Source: Thiotrichaceae bacterium
Lineage (GTDB): Bacteria > Pseudomonadota > Gammaproteobacteria > Thiotrichales > Thiotrichaceae
Length of the DNA stretch: 55,731 nt
NCBI GenBank assembly: GCA_026988295.1
Contig: JALSLM010000101.1
Coordinates: 1 to 55,731, forward strand
Direction of reading: 5' to 3'
Every line of letters starts with the position of its first letter. Within the stretch, counting starts at the first letter, position 1. A program made the position numbers and the translations under genes. Shown here piece by piece: positions 1 through 10,451 of this stretch. The notes under the pieces were generated by a model. It was not told the DNA's origin. It worked only from the letters and a program-made list of their open reading frames with translations, and searched no databases.

Positions 1-163
1 CGATAATACATAAATTTTGCCATCTTTGTATAATCTAAAGTCAGAAAAACCTCTTTTATCGGAAGTTTATGCTGTAATATCTATTTCTAAGTGTGATTCT
101 TACAAATCCTGCTACCGTCGAACAAGCCCCCTCTTCTCCTACTAAAAAGCCTTTAAAAATTTA

Positions 164-2566
164 ATGAAAATTCGTGTATTTCTATTTGCCTTAATACTAG
201 TCTTATCGGTATTGCCATTTATTGCTTTTCTTTTTCAAAGCCTCCCTGATACTCTCGCTGCAAACACTGCACAAAAAGATACGACAAAACAAAATATCTT
301 ATTGAAGCACGCCGATATTGAATACCCATCGACTCGCAACAATAGCTCACCATTAGGCATTAATACTAATGAAATCTATGAACAAGACTCAAGTATTCCA
401 TTTGTAGATTTATTCCGTGTTTCGATGCCATTTCACGAAAATATCCGCTGTCGCGCCAAAGACAAGCCATGTCTAACTTCTGCTCAAGTTGAGTATGATA
501 AACAGGGCTGGCCAAAAAACTTGCATGGTGGAAAAGCAGGCGTATTTTTTCTGCGTAATATACAGCTAGAGGCACTGCCAGAAGGTGATTATACTGTGCT
601 TTATGATGGAGAAGGCAAGATTGAGTATTTACAAAATGCCAAACTCATCTCACGCAAATTAGGGCAAGATATTATCCGCTTTGATGCACGTTCTGATGGC
701 TTTTTAACCGCCGCATTGCAAATCACCGAGTCCAATCCAAGCAAACCGCTGCGTAATATTCGAATTCTGATGCCAGGTGGTATTTGCCACAACAATCCTT
801 TTCAACATGCAAAAAAACCATCCGACTGCAAGGGTGCTAACTTTCTAGCTTTTAAAGACTACTATCAAGATATTATCTTTAATCCAGATTATCTTAATTT
901 TATGAAAGATTTTAGCGTGATTCGTTTTATGCCGATGTCAGGTATCACACGCAACCCAGCACAACACTGGGAACAACGAGCTAAAATGGATAAAGCCACT
1001 TGGGGTGGCATCTATGGCTCACGCGGCGCACCTTTAGAAATCCAAATTGCACTTGCGAATAAACTCAAAGCAAACCCTTGGTTGAATGTCCCTCATGCGG
1101 CAGATGATGACTATATACGCCGCTTTGCAAGCTATGTGCATGAAAACCTTTCAGCAGAACTCACCCCATATATCGAATATACCAATGAAGCATGGAATGT
1201 AAATTTTATTCATAATGAATACATGCAAAAAATGGGTATAAAACAGCGTCTAGATCAAGATGCACTCATGGCTGGATATAAGTTTTATGCCAAACGCTCT
1301 GTAGAATTTTTTAAAATTTGGGAAAGCATCTATGGCGGGCATAAAAAACTGATACGAATCCTTGGTGGATGGGATACCCGACCCGATATTAGTGGCATTA
1401 TACTTGGCTATAAAAACACCTATAAATCAGTCGATGCACTAGCAATTGCACCTTATATTGGCGGCAATCTACGTGGTTTTCGTGAATCAAAAACAACTGA
1501 TGATATTTTCAAGCTACTTACCGATAAAAAATCTTATCGCTCACTACCAAAAATCATGCATGAACTAAAAAAACATGCCAAGCTAGCAAAAGATTTTGGC
1601 GTCAGCCTAGTTGCTTATGAAGGTGGACAAGGCCTTGTTGATTGGGCCGCCAAAGATTATCTGCAACACCCAAACCCCCTATTCTTCTCTGCAAATCGTG
1701 ACCCACGTATGGGAGATTTATACCGCAGCCTATACAAGCAATGGCGCGCAATGGGAGCCGACTTATTCGTTGCATTCAGCGCACCACGAGCCTTCAATTC
1801 TTCTGGCTGCTGGGGTTTAAAAGAACATATCCGACAAAATATTAACGATGCACCCAAACTCAAAGCTTCTCTTGCCTTTATCAATAAAAACCCACGTTGG
1901 TGGAATTGGCAAAAGCTAAAACAAAAAAACAAACCTTCCCCATCCAGCATTGCTCACTACCTACCTAAGCCTGACCCCAATAAGCCACGCATAGTTATCC
2001 GCCCAGCCAAAGGTGATGCTAAACATTTTTATCGCTTAGAAAACCCACAAGCCTTAAATATTCTACTTGAAGGAGAAACTTGGGATAAACGCGATATATC
2101 AGGAAAATGGCAAGTAAAATGGGATAAAAAATACCTCTACCTCAGTGTAAAAGTCTATGACAAAGAAGCCATGTCCGACTCAAAAGACCCCAGAGATGAT
2201 GACTCAATCGAGTTTTTTATTGATGCCAACAACAGTCGCAACAATCAATTTGACAGAAAAAATGACTACCACTTTATTTTCTCCCGCAATAAAACAAAAG
2301 CACTGCTAGGCAAAGAAAACCCTCCTAACTTTACAATCAATCTTCCCTATATAATTAAAAAGAAATACGATGGCTATGAGTTGCAAGCAAAAATCAAATG
2401 GAGCAAATTAGGAATCAAACCCGCCATAAGAAATAGACTAGGCATGGAAGTGATTATCAATGACGATGATGACGGCGGAAAAAGAGATGCCAGAATAGCG
2501 TGGAACACCCGCAAAACACACCCAAAGCCCAAAGATTTCGGCATGATATTAATGAGTGGTCGATAA
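164..2566 (+). CDS. Membrane-anchored/secreted putative glycoside hydrolase-like protein with C-terminal CBM9/DOMON-like sugar-binding domain
   Basis: N-terminal hydrophobic segment; motifs IRFMPM, LANKLKANPWLNVPH, YIEYTNEAWN and AYEGGQ resemble the 'cellulose-binding protein' GH-like family; C-terminal WDKKYLY..DDSIEFFID..GYELQAKI..INDDDDGG resembles CBM9_1. Confidence 0.65.
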   Translation: MKIRVFLFALILVLSVLPFIAFLFQSLPDTLAANTAQKDTTKQNILLKHADIEYPSTRNNSSPLGINTNEIYEQDSSIPFVDLFRVSMPFHENIRCRAKDKPCLTSAQVEYDKQGWPKNLHGGKAGVFFLRNIQLEALPEGDYTVLYDGEGKIEYLQNAKLISRKLGQDIIRFDARSDGFLTAALQITESNPSKPLRNIRILMPGGICHNNPFQHAKKPSDCKGANFLAFKDYYQDIIFNPDYLNFMKDFSVIRFMPMSGITRNPAQHWEQRAKMDKATWGGIYGSRGAPLEIQIALANKLKANPWLNVPHAADDDYIRRFASYVHENLSAELTPYIEYTNEAWNVNFIHNEYMQKMGIKQRLDQDALMAGYKFYAKRSVEFFKIWESIYGGHKKLIRILGGWDTRPDISGIILGYKNTYKSVDALAIAPYIGGNLRGFRESKTTDDIFKLLTDKKSYRSLPKIMHELKKHAKLAKDFGVSLVAYEGGQGLVDWAAKDYLQHPNPLFFSANRDPRMGDLYRSLYKQWRAMGADLFVAFSAPRAFNSSGCWGLKEHIRQNINDAPKLKASLAFINKNPRWWNWQKLKQKNKPSPSSIAHYLPKPDPNKPRIVIRPAKGDAKHFYRLENPQALNILLEGETWDKRDISGKWQVKWDKKYLYLSVKVYDKEAMSDSKDPRDDDSIEFFIDANNSRNNQFDRKNDYHFIFSRNKTKALLGKENPPNFTINLPYIIKKKYDGYELQAKIKWSKLGIKPAIRNRLGMEVIINDDDDGGKRDARIAWNTRKTHPKPKDFGMILMSGR

Positions 2567-2582
2567 GCCTGTAATTCACCCT

Positions 2583-2615
2583 CAAAAAATGTAAAAAAAA
2601 GGGGGGGGATGGGTA
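2583..2615 (+). repeat. Family D motif (A-rich-G8-ATGGGTA)
   Basis: caaaaaatgtaaaaaaaaggggggggatgggta; one of 14 copies in the window. Confidence 0.85.
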
Positions 2616-2637
2616 TTAATAAAAATAATCCCATATA

Positions 2638-2792
2638 TGCCATCAACACCGTCATTCCCGCATGTGCCATCAACACCGTCATTCCCGCACGTTTTTAGCG
2701 GGAATCTCGTAATACACAATGCCCAAACAGATCCCCGCTTAAAACATGCGGGGATGACGGTATGGGTAGCACATGCGGGGATGAGATGACGG
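2638..2792. repeat. Nested CGTC-type REP-like palindrome cluster with 27-bp tandem duplication
   Basis: tgccatcaacaccgtcattcccgcaYg twice (2638, 2665); ccgtcattcccgcacgtttttagcgggaatct (2676-2707) is inverted relative to agatccccgcttaaaacatgcggggatgacgg (2729-2760). Confidence 0.8.
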
Positions 2793-2940
2793 TGTGTTAT
2801 TTGGTTATTGGGGTATGGTCTCACAGCCTAAGCGGCTAATACCCTCTGCGATACGGGCGGTGGGATACCGTAAAATTTAAATTATGGATTTCTTATTTAT
2901 ATTATATTCTGATCTTGAACGATCAAATCAAATCATTGAA

Positions 2941-3000
2941 AACAAAAAACCCCTTACCTTTTAACTTGCTTTGATAACTAGCTTTAAGGATAAGGGGTTT
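2941..3000 (-). terminator. Putative hairpin terminator downstream of tRNA-Met
   Basis: aaaccccttacctt...aaggataaggggttt stem followed by a T-run on the minus strand. Confidence 0.45.
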
Positions 3001-3013
3001 GATGTGAAAAATA

Positions 3014-3090
3014 TGGTGGCTATGCCGAGATTTGAACTTGGGACCCCATCATTATGAGTGATGTGCTCTAACCAGCTGAGCTACATAGCC
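3014..3090 (-). tRNA. tRNA-Met (CAT), elongator type
   Basis: Reverse complement GGCTATGTAGCTCAGCTGGTTAGAGCACATCACTCATAATGATGGGGTCCCAAGTTCAAATCTCGGCATAGCCACCA; 77 nt, cloverleaf, encoded CCA, close to E. coli metT. Confidence 0.97.
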
Positions 3091-3180
3091 ATTTCGATTT
3101 AACAAAACATGTTTTAACCGAGGAGCGAGAATATATAGTCTGTAAGCATAGCTGTCAATAGTTCATCATAATAAATTTTA

Positions 3181-3344
3181 ACCTGAATCCGTGAGGTCAA
3201 TACGCGATAGCAGGGTGTAAGATATTGGTTTAGCACGGGATTTAAAAAATCTTAGCTTCACCCATAGGTTAAGCGGGTATTTTTTAAACCCGTGATGAAT
3301 CAATAGCTTGCGTCCTGTGCCGTAGTGACCTCACGGATTCAGGT
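3181..3344 (+). mobile_element. MITE family A, full length (164 bp)
   Basis: 19-bp perfect TIR ACCTGAATCCGTGAGGTCA; flanked by TTA/TTA; internal hairpin; second copy inverted at 15234-15394. Confidence 0.85.
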
Positions 3345-3439
3345 TTAAGCTATAAAAAACACCCTTCAGATACTTGTACACTCTTCAATTAAGTCACTGA
3401 CTAAATCTTTCCTTAGAAATATTATTTTGTGCATATTAC

Positions 3440-4312
3440 TTATTTTTTCAATGCTTTTATAAATGCTTTCCCTGCATTTGATAAACTACGTTCGGCATGT
3501 TGCACTATGCCGAGGGTGCGCTCTATATTTAAACCTTTTACCTTGATTTCTACCAGTGTTTTATCAAGCATTGTGCGGGGTAATGCACTCCAGCCTAAGC
3601 CGATAGTGACCATCATGCAAATCGTTTCTAGATAATTTGTTTCTAGGATTACATCTAAAGCACCATGTTTTTGTACTATTGGTTTTTCAATAACTGTGCG
3701 GGTGTATGTACCTATGGCGGGTAATATTGCACTATGTTTAGCTAATTGATTTAAAGTAATTGCTTGATTGTTTGCAATTTTTACTAAGGGATGATCAAGG
3801 GCAACAGCAATGGTGAGTGGGTCGCTCCACAAAGGGGTAAGTTTTAAGCGTTTTGATTTTGATAACGGAAGTGTTACAACGCCTAGTTCATAGCTGCCTT
3901 TTTCTATTTTAGAGCAGGCATTTTCAGAATCAGTAAAGGCTAAATCAAGACGAACTTGTGGAAACTCTTCTGCATATTGTTTAAGAATATCAGGTAAACG
4001 CCTCAATCCTATATGATGCGAGGTGACTAATGATAAATGACCACTCACCTGCCCGCTTAGATTATCAATAACACGCTGTGATTCTCGAATATCTTGCATA
4101 ATACGTTCTGCAATGGGTAGCAAAGCTCTGCCTGCTTCATTAAGCATGACTCTTTTGCCTATGCGATCAAATAACTTACTGCCTAATTGCTCTTCTAAAA
4201 GTGCTATACGTTTGCTGACGGCAGGTTGCGTAATATAGAGCAAGTCAGCGGCTTTAGAAAAAGTCCCATTCTCTGCGACTGCAATAAAAGCTTTATAGGC
4301 TGAGAAATCCAC
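3440..4312 (-). CDS. LysR-family transcriptional regulator
   Basis: HTH motif FSKAADLLYITQPAVSKRIALLE; 290 aa; GTG start. Confidence 0.95.
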   Translation of the reverse strand: MDFSAYKAFIAVAENGTFSKAADLLYITQPAVSKRIALLEEQLGSKLFDRIGKRVMLNEAGRALLPIAERIMQDIRESQRVIDNLSGQVSGHLSLVTSHHIGLRRLPDILKQYAEEFPQVRLDLAFTDSENACSKIEKGSYELGVVTLPLSKSKRLKLTPLWSDPLTIAVALDHPLVKIANNQAITLNQLAKHSAILPAIGTYTRTVIEKPIVQKHGALDVILETNYLETICMMVTIGLGWSALPRTMLDKTLVEIKVKGLNIERTLGIVQHAERSLSNAGKAFIKALKK

Positions 4313-4376
4313 ATTATTTACCTTTTTGATATTATCCTGAGTCTATGAACGTTGGTTTGATGGGGTTAAAACTATA

Positions 4377-4618
4377 TACCCATCCCCCCCTTTTTTTACA
4401 TTTTTTATCATCTACAATCGAAAGCAGCTTTATTTGGGAATAGTATACAATTTGTAGCTTGATGCGTAGCTTAGCTTAGTGTAGCTTAGCGCAATCACAG
4501 AAATTACCACGATCTGTCAGATTGTTCTATTGCTAATCTGACCTATAAAACACAGATTTAAGCCACTACCCTATTCTTTAGTATTCTAAAAATATGCAAA
4601 AAACAGGGGGGATGGGTA
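4377..4618. repeat. Inverted pair of family D motifs enclosing a degenerate GTAG REP and a CAGATTTAAGCCACTACC module
   Basis: tacccatccccccc at 4377 and ggggggatgggta ending 4618; REP remnant 4516-4546; module 4553-4570. Confidence 0.75.
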
Positions 4619-4637
4619 TTAAAAGGAATAAAATTAT

Positions 4638-5453
4638 ATGGATAAATACGCTGTCATTGGAAACCCAATAAGTCACAGTAAATCCCCTTCTATTCACCAA
4701 ATGTTTGCTCAACAAACGGGTGAAGATATTATGTATGAGGCTTTATTGTCTCCTGTAGATGAATTTAAACAAACCATTGATGCCTTTCGCAATGGTGGTG
4801 GCAAAGGCTTGAATGTTACTGTACCGTTTAAACAAGAGGCTTTTGAACTAGCCGATAAACTCAGTGACTATGCAGAAAATGCAGGTGCTGTTAATACCCT
4901 AGTCTTAGAGCAGGATGGGACGATTTTTGGTGCGAATACTGATGGTATTGGCATGGTGCGTGATTTGGTTGTTAATCATGATAGCCAGATTAAAGATAAA
5001 CGCATTTTAATTCTAGGTGCAGGTGGCGCAGTGCGTGGTGTGCTTCAGCCTCTCTTACAACAGTTACCCCAACAAATATTTATTGCCAATCGCACCCCTG
5101 AACGCGCCACGCAGTTATCTAATGATATGCAACGCCTCTCCGAAGGCTGTCAACTAGCTGGTGGTGGCTTTGCCGATATTCAAGGCGAGTATGATCTAAT
5201 CATTAATGGCACAGCTGCCAGCCTGCAAGGAATCATGCCTCCAATCCCTGAAAGCTGTTTATCCAAAGGTGTGCATTGTTATGATATGATGTATGGTGGC
5301 AGACCAACCGCCTTTGAATATTGGTGTGAAGATCAAGCGGCTGCTAAGGTAATGAATGGACTAGGAATGCTTATAGAACAGGCGGCAGAGTCCTTTTCTA
5401 TCTGGCGGGGAAAAATGCCAGATACTCAAGCTGTATTACAAGCAATGCGCTAA
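4638..5453 (+). CDS. aroE: Shikimate dehydrogenase
   Basis: GNPISHSKSP, NVTVPFK, AVNT, NTDGIG and GAGGA motifs. Confidence 0.97.
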   Translation: MDKYAVIGNPISHSKSPSIHQMFAQQTGEDIMYEALLSPVDEFKQTIDAFRNGGGKGLNVTVPFKQEAFELADKLSDYAENAGAVNTLVLEQDGTIFGANTDGIGMVRDLVVNHDSQIKDKRILILGAGGAVRGVLQPLLQQLPQQIFIANRTPERATQLSNDMQRLSEGCQLAGGGFADIQGEYDLIINGTAASLQGIMPPIPESCLSKGVHCYDMMYGGRPTAFEYWCEDQAAAKVMNGLGMLIEQAAESFSIWRGKMPDTQAVLQAMR

Positions 5454-5468
5454 ACGAAGATAAAATAC

Positions 5469-6806
5469 ATGGATACAAACAAGAAGAACGACGCTAAAGA
5501 AAAAGGGCTGGATACGACACATCTTAGTGATGTTAAATTTGCAGATTTGCCACTATTGCCAGAGATCCAATCAGCAATTGATGAATTAGGCTTTGTTTAC
5601 TGTACTCCGATACAGGCAAAAACATTGCCCGTAAGCCTTAAAGGTAAGGATATTGCAGGACAAGCACAAACAGGAACAGGCAAAACTGCCGCCTTTTTGA
5701 TCGCAGCCTTTCAACATCTTCTGAAGAACCCTCGCCCCAATAAGAACCAACGAGGACAATCTCAAGTACGTTTTATCATTCTTGCTCCAACCCGTGAACT
5801 TGCCATTCAAATTGCCGAAGATTGCAAAAAACTCGGTAAAAATACAGGGTTAAAATTTGCACTCGCTTATGGTGGAACAGGCTATGACAAACAGCAAAAA
5901 GCCATTGAACAGGGTACGGATATATTAATTGGCACACCTGGTCGCATTATTGATTATTGGAAGAAAAAAGTTTTTAGCTTGCATCAGTGCCAAGGTTTAG
6001 TGCTAGATGAAGCAGATAGAATGCTTGATCTTGGCTTTATAACAGATATTCGTTTTTTATTAAGACGTTTGCCCAAACCCGACAAACGCTTGAGTATGCT
6101 ATTTTCAGCAACACTTTCTCACCGTGTCATGGAGCTTTCTTATGAGCACATGAACCAGCCAGAGAAAATCGAAATCAAAGCGCAAGCAGTCAATACCAAA
6201 AAAATCACACAAGCCGTTTATTATCCAGCTAATGATGAAAAAATCCCATTATTAATCGGTCTGTTTCAAAAACTAAAACCCCAGCGAGCTATCGTTTTTG
6301 TTAATACCAAACGAAATGCTGAAGAGATTGAAGATTTTTTCCGTAGTAATGATATAAAAGCAGTGCTGATTTCAGGCGATGTACGTCAAAACAAGCGTCA
6401 ACATCTACTTCAAGAATTTTCAGCAGGAAAGCATCAAGTATTAATTGCCACCGATGTTGCCGCACGCGGTTTGCATATAGATGATGTATCTCATGTTTTT
6501 AACTATGATTTGCCACAGGTAGCCGAAGATTATGTGCATCGAATTGGGCGTACCGCACGAGCAGGGGCATCAGGTGAAGCACATAGTTTCGCCTGTGAAG
6601 ATACCGCATTCTATCTACCTGAGATTGAAGAATACATTGGCATGTCAGTACCAATGGCAAGTGTCACAGCCGATCTATTACCTAAAATAAACTCCCGCGA
6701 ACGAATTCAGCGCAATCGCGTACCCCATCACCCAGCAAAAAAAGGAGGTAGACCCAGTGGAAAATTCAAGGGAAAGCCACGAAATGCAAAAAAAACAAGG
6801 GGCTAA
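5469..6806 (+). CDS. rhlB: ATP-dependent DEAD-box RNA helicase RhlB
   Basis: AGQAQTGTGKT, PTRELA, DEAD, SAT and HRIGRTAR; CTPIQ and RGLHI typical of RhlB. Confidence 0.9.
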   Translation: MDTNKKNDAKEKGLDTTHLSDVKFADLPLLPEIQSAIDELGFVYCTPIQAKTLPVSLKGKDIAGQAQTGTGKTAAFLIAAFQHLLKNPRPNKNQRGQSQVRFIILAPTRELAIQIAEDCKKLGKNTGLKFALAYGGTGYDKQQKAIEQGTDILIGTPGRIIDYWKKKVFSLHQCQGLVLDEADRMLDLGFITDIRFLLRRLPKPDKRLSMLFSATLSHRVMELSYEHMNQPEKIEIKAQAVNTKKITQAVYYPANDEKIPLLIGLFQKLKPQRAIVFVNTKRNAEEIEDFFRSNDIKAVLISGDVRQNKRQHLLQEFSAGKHQVLIATDVAARGLHIDDVSHVFNYDLPQVAEDYVHRIGRTARAGASGEAHSFACEDTAFYLPEIEEYIGMSVPMASVTADLLPKINSRERIQRNRVPHHPAKKGGRPSGKFKGKPRNAKKTRG

Positions 6807-6813
6807 TCGAGGA

Positions 6814-6844
6814 TAAAAAGTATCAAAAACAGGGGGGATGGGTA
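6814..6844 (+). repeat. Family D motif
   Basis: aaaaacaggggggatgggta just after the rhlB stop. Confidence 0.8.
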
Positions 6845-6941
6845 TGAACAGGTATCTAAAAATTTGTTCTGTATCCATTAGCTTCGAATAATAAATCACA
6901 GCTTTAACTTACTTCTAAATCTAAGAAAAGAATATTCTTTT

Positions 6942-6987
6942 ATTCCTTTTGGTTATCTAAAACATAAAAATATAACATTATAGTTAT
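6942..6987. promoter_or_regulatory. Putative LysR operator upstream of leuC
   Basis: ATTCCTTTTGGTTAT (T-N11-A, 6943-6955) plus ATAAC-N6-GTTAT dyad (6972-6987). Confidence 0.5.
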
Positions 6988-7059
6988 ATAGACTAACAAG
7001 GTAAACTGCATGGAAAACACGCAATAGGCTGTTTTGATTATTTCTTTAGGGTAAATATT

Positions 7060-8502
7060 ATGGCAGGAAAAACACTTTACGATAAATTATGGGATGCGCA
7101 TGTAGTGCGTGTTGAAGATGATGGTACGGCATTATTGTATATTGACCGTCATTTAGTGCATGAGGTGACTTCACCGCAGGCATTTGAAGGCTTGCGCTTG
7201 GCAGGGCGTGATATTTGGCGCAAGGAGTCAATTGTTGCTGTGCCTGATCATAATGTGCCAACGACAACGGCAGATCGTGGCAACGGCACAGCAGGAATCA
7301 GCGACCCTATCGCTAAAATCCAAATTGAAACTTTAAATGATAACTGTGATGAATTTAAGCTAAATGAATTCCACATGGATGATATTCGCCAAGGCATTGT
7401 GCATGTGATTGGCCCTGAACAAGGGGCGACCTTGCCAGGTATGACGGTAGTTTGTGGTGATTCGCATACTTCAACACATGGTGCATTTGGTGCTTTGGCG
7501 CATGGTATCGGGACTTCTGAAGTTGAGCATGTGATGGCAACAAACTGTTTGATTCAGAAAAAAATGAAAAATATGCTGATCAGTGTGGATGGCAAAGTGG
7601 GTGCAGGTGTTACCGCTAAAGATATTGTATTAGCCATTATTGGTGAGATCGGTACGGCTGGTGGCACGGGCTACGCGATTGAATTTGCGGGTGAAGCAAT
7701 TCAAGATTTATCAATGGAAGGTCGCATGACAGTCTGTAATATGGCAATTGAAGGGGGCGCACGCGCTGGAATGATTGCGGTTGATGACACAACCATCGAG
7801 TATGTTAAAGGTCGTCCTTATGCACCATCGGATGAAACTTGGGAAAAAGCCGTTGCTGCATGGCAAGATTTAAAATCAGATAGTGATGCTGAGTTTGATG
7901 CCGAGATACACATTGATGCAGCTACAATTCAGCCTCAGGTCACATGGGGAACTTCACCTGAAATGGTATTAGCGATTGATGCTAATGTGCCTGATCCTGC
8001 GGATGAATCTGATCCTGTGAAGAGCAAGGGTATTGCAGATGCTTTGGTTTATATGGGTTTAGAGGCAGGTCAGCCAATCAATGAGATTAAGATTGATAAG
8101 GCTTTTATTGGTTCTTGTACCAATTCCCGTATTGAAGATATGCGTGAGGCGGCGGCGATTGCTAAAGGTAATAAGGTTGCGGATAACGTCAAGCTGGCAA
8201 TGGTTGTACCTGGCTCTGGATTGGTTAAAAAACAAGCTGAAGAAGAAGGGCTTGATCAGATTTTTATTGATGCGGGCTTTGAATGGCGCGAACCTGGTTG
8301 CTCCATGTGTTTGGCAATGAATGCTGATCGACTAGAGCCTCAAGAGCGTTGTGCCTCGACCTCTAATCGTAACTTTGAAGGTCGTCAGGGGCAAGCTGGA
8401 CGTACTCATTTGCTTAGCCCTGCGATGGCAGCTGCGGCGGCAATTCATGGCCATTTTATTGATGTAAGAAGTATTGATGTACGAACAGAAGGAGAAGCAT
8501 AA
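7060..8502 (+). CDS. leuC: 3-isopropylmalate dehydratase large subunit
   Basis: [27 protein letters not shown] and [12 protein letters not shown]. Confidence 0.99.
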   Translation: MAGKTLYDKLWDAHVVRVEDDGTALLYIDRHLVHEVTSPQAFEGLRLAGRDIWRKESIVAVPDHNVPTTTADRGNGTAGISDPIAKIQIETLNDNCDEFKLNEFHMDDIRQGIVHVIGPEQGATLPGMTVVCGDSHTSTHGAFGALAHGIGTSEVEHVMATNCLIQKKMKNMLISVDGKVGAGVTAKDIVLAIIGEIGTAGGTGYAIEFAGEAIQDLSMEGRMTVCNMAIEGGARAGMIAVDDTTIEYVKGRPYAPSDETWEKAVAAWQDLKSDSDAEFDAEIHIDAATIQPQVTWGTSPEMVLAIDANVPDPADESDPVKSKGIADALVYMGLEAGQPINEIKIDKAFIGSCTNSRIEDMREAAAIAKGNKVADNVKLAMVVPGSGLVKKQAEEEGLDQIFIDAGFEWREPGCSMCLAMNADRLEPQERCASTSNRNFEGRQGQAGRTHLLSPAMAAAAAIHGHFIDVRSIDVRTEGEA

Positions 8503-9140
8503 TGGAAAAGTTTATCGTACATAAAGGTGTTGTTGCGCCATTGGATCGTTCTAATGTGGATACTGATGCGATTATCCCAAAACAATATTTAAAGTCGATT
8601 AGCCGTACTGGTTTTGGTCCAACATTATTTGATGATTGGCGTTATGTAAAAGCGGGTGAGCCTGGCATGGATCATTCAAAACGTGAAAAACGTGATGATT
8701 TCGTGTTAAATCAGCCTGCTTATAAAAACAGCTCGATACTCTTAGCGCGTGAAAATTTTGGCTGTGGTTCGTCGCGTGAACATGCTGTTTGGGCATTGGA
8801 AGATTTTGGCTTTCGAGCCGTTATCGCTCCCAGCTATGCTGATATTTTCTTTAATAATAGCTTTAAGAATGGACTATTACCTATTGTTTTAAAAGAACAA
8901 GAAGTTGATGATTTGTTTAAGGCAGTAGCAGAAAATGAAGGCTATGAACTGACCGTTGATCTTGAAAACCAGAAAGTCATTACCCCTGACAATAAAGAAT
9001 ATACCTTCGACGTAGATGAGTTTAGAAAATATTGTTTGCTAAATGGGCTTGACGATATCGGTTTAACCTTGCAACATGCGGACGAAATTCGAGATTATGA
9101 AACACGCAGACAAGAGCAAGCACCTTGGTTATTTGCATAG
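8502..9140 (+). CDS. leuD: 3-isopropylmalate dehydratase small subunit
   Basis: NVDTDAIIP and [11 protein letters not shown]; translationally coupled to leuC. Confidence 0.99.
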   Translation: MEKFIVHKGVVAPLDRSNVDTDAIIPKQYLKSISRTGFGPTLFDDWRYVKAGEPGMDHSKREKRDDFVLNQPAYKNSSILLARENFGCGSSREHAVWALEDFGFRAVIAPSYADIFFNNSFKNGLLPIVLKEQEVDDLFKAVAENEGYELTVDLENQKVITPDNKEYTFDVDEFRKYCLLNGLDDIGLTLQHADEIRDYETRRQEQAPWLFA

Positions 9141-9241
9141 TCATTTTGTATGGCTATTTGCATAGCTGTTTACCTAATCCATGAACTCATGACGGTACAG
9201 CACAGTATTACCCCATCGAGTTTATATTGAAAAAATAGATA

Positions 9242-9312
9242 TACCCATCCCCCCCTATTTTTGCATTTTTTATCAAATAGAAAATATATAAAAACAGGGG
9301 GGGGGATGGGTA
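9242..9312. repeat. Collapsed inverted pair of family D motifs (71 bp)
   Basis: tacccatccccccctattt...aaacagggggggggatgggta between leuD and leuB. Confidence 0.85.
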
Positions 9313-9337
9313 TTAGAACGACCTAAAAGGAAAAAAC

Positions 9338-10426
9338 ATGAAACAAAAGATTTTAATTCTCCCCGGTGACGGTATCGGAAAGGAAATTGTAGCAGAAGCA
9401 GTGAAAGTCATTAATGTACTTAAGGATGATTTCGACTTGGATGTGGAGCTGACCTATGGTGATATTGGCGGAGCTGCCTATGATGCAGATGGCCATCCTT
9501 ATCCTCCTACAACTCAAAAACTCGCTAAAGATGCTGATGCTATTTTACTCGGTGCAGTCGGTGGTTATCAATATGATGATTTACCGCGTGATGTGCGTCC
9601 TGAGCGTGGTTTATTAGGCATCCGTGCAGATTTGGAACTATTTTCAAATCTTCGCCCTGCAATACTCAATAAAGAGCTGGCTGATGCTTCATCTTTAAAA
9701 GCAGAAGTTGTCGCTGGCTTGGATATTATGATTGTGCGTGAACTCACAGGGGGTATTTATTTTGGTGAGCCTCGTGGTATTCGTGAGTTAGAAAATGGTG
9801 AAAAACAAGGCTATAACACATTGGTTTACAAGGAATCTGAGATTGAGCGTATTGCACATTCTGCCTTTAAAATCGCTATGAAACGTGACAAGCGTTTATG
9901 TTCTGTAGGTAAAGCTAATGTGCTTGAGGTGATGGAACTTTGGCATGATGTGGTTGAACGAGTAGGCAAGGAATATCCTGAAGTTGAGCTAAGCCACATG
10001 TATGTTGATAATGCTGCTATGCAATTGGTTAAAGAGCCAAAGCAATTTGATGTGATGGTAACAGGCAATATGTTTGGTGATATTTTATCCGATGCGGCAG
10101 CTATGCTAACGGGCTCAATCGGCATGTTGCCTTCTGCTTCTCTTGATAAAAATGGCAAAGGTATGTATGAGCCAATTCATGGTTCAGCCCCTGATATTGC
10201 AGGTCAAAATATTGCTAATCCACTAGCAACCATCATGTCTGTGAGCATGATGTTACTCTATTCTTTAAATAGAGAAGATATGGCAGAGCGCATTGATGCG
10301 GCTGTAGAGCGTGTCTTACAACAGGGTTATCGCACCGCTGATATATTTATTGAAGGTATTGAAGGTACAAAACTGGTGGGAACCAGTGAAATGGGTGATG
10401 CAGTCGTTGCTGCCTTATTGAGTTAA
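9338..10426 (+). CDS. leuB: 3-isopropylmalate dehydrogenase
   Basis: [25 protein letters not shown] and [12 protein letters not shown]. Confidence 0.99.
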   Translation: MKQKILILPGDGIGKEIVAEAVKVINVLKDDFDLDVELTYGDIGGAAYDADGHPYPPTTQKLAKDADAILLGAVGGYQYDDLPRDVRPERGLLGIRADLELFSNLRPAILNKELADASSLKAEVVAGLDIMIVRELTGGIYFGEPRGIRELENGEKQGYNTLVYKESEIERIAHSAFKIAMKRDKRLCSVGKANVLEVMELWHDVVERVGKEYPEVELSHMYVDNAAMQLVKEPKQFDVMVTGNMFGDILSDAAAMLTGSIGMLPSASLDKNGKGMYEPIHGSAPDIAGQNIANPLATIMSVSMMLLYSLNREDMAERIDAAVERVLQQGYRTADIFIEGIEGTKLVGTSEMGDAVVAALLS

Positions 10427-10451
10427 CTTGTTAAGAAAAAGGTTTAAAAAT

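Noticed and set aside
2601-2615. D motif as KOPS, Chi or DNA-uptake sequence
   Set aside because: Does not match GGGNAGGG, occurs on both strands and is seen only between genes.
2638-2691. 27-bp direct repeat as a CRISPR array
   Set aside because: Two adjacent copies, no spacers and no cas genes.
2582-2824. 80-aa ORF (and 2374-2682) with repeated peptide units
   Set aside because: Translation of D and CGTC palindromic repeats; no coding evidence.
2812-2850. Possible second degenerate GTAG REP subtype (agcctaagcggct hairpin)
   Set aside because: Single, too degenerate to support.
2880-3014. Genomic island integrated at the tRNA-Met 3' end
   Set aside because: No integrase and no duplicated tRNA 3' end seen in the window.
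6781-6806. rhlB 3' end (aaatgcaaaaaaaacaagggg) resembling a captured D motif
   Set aside because: Lacks ATGGGTA; a Lys/Arg/Gly-rich helicase tail explains it.
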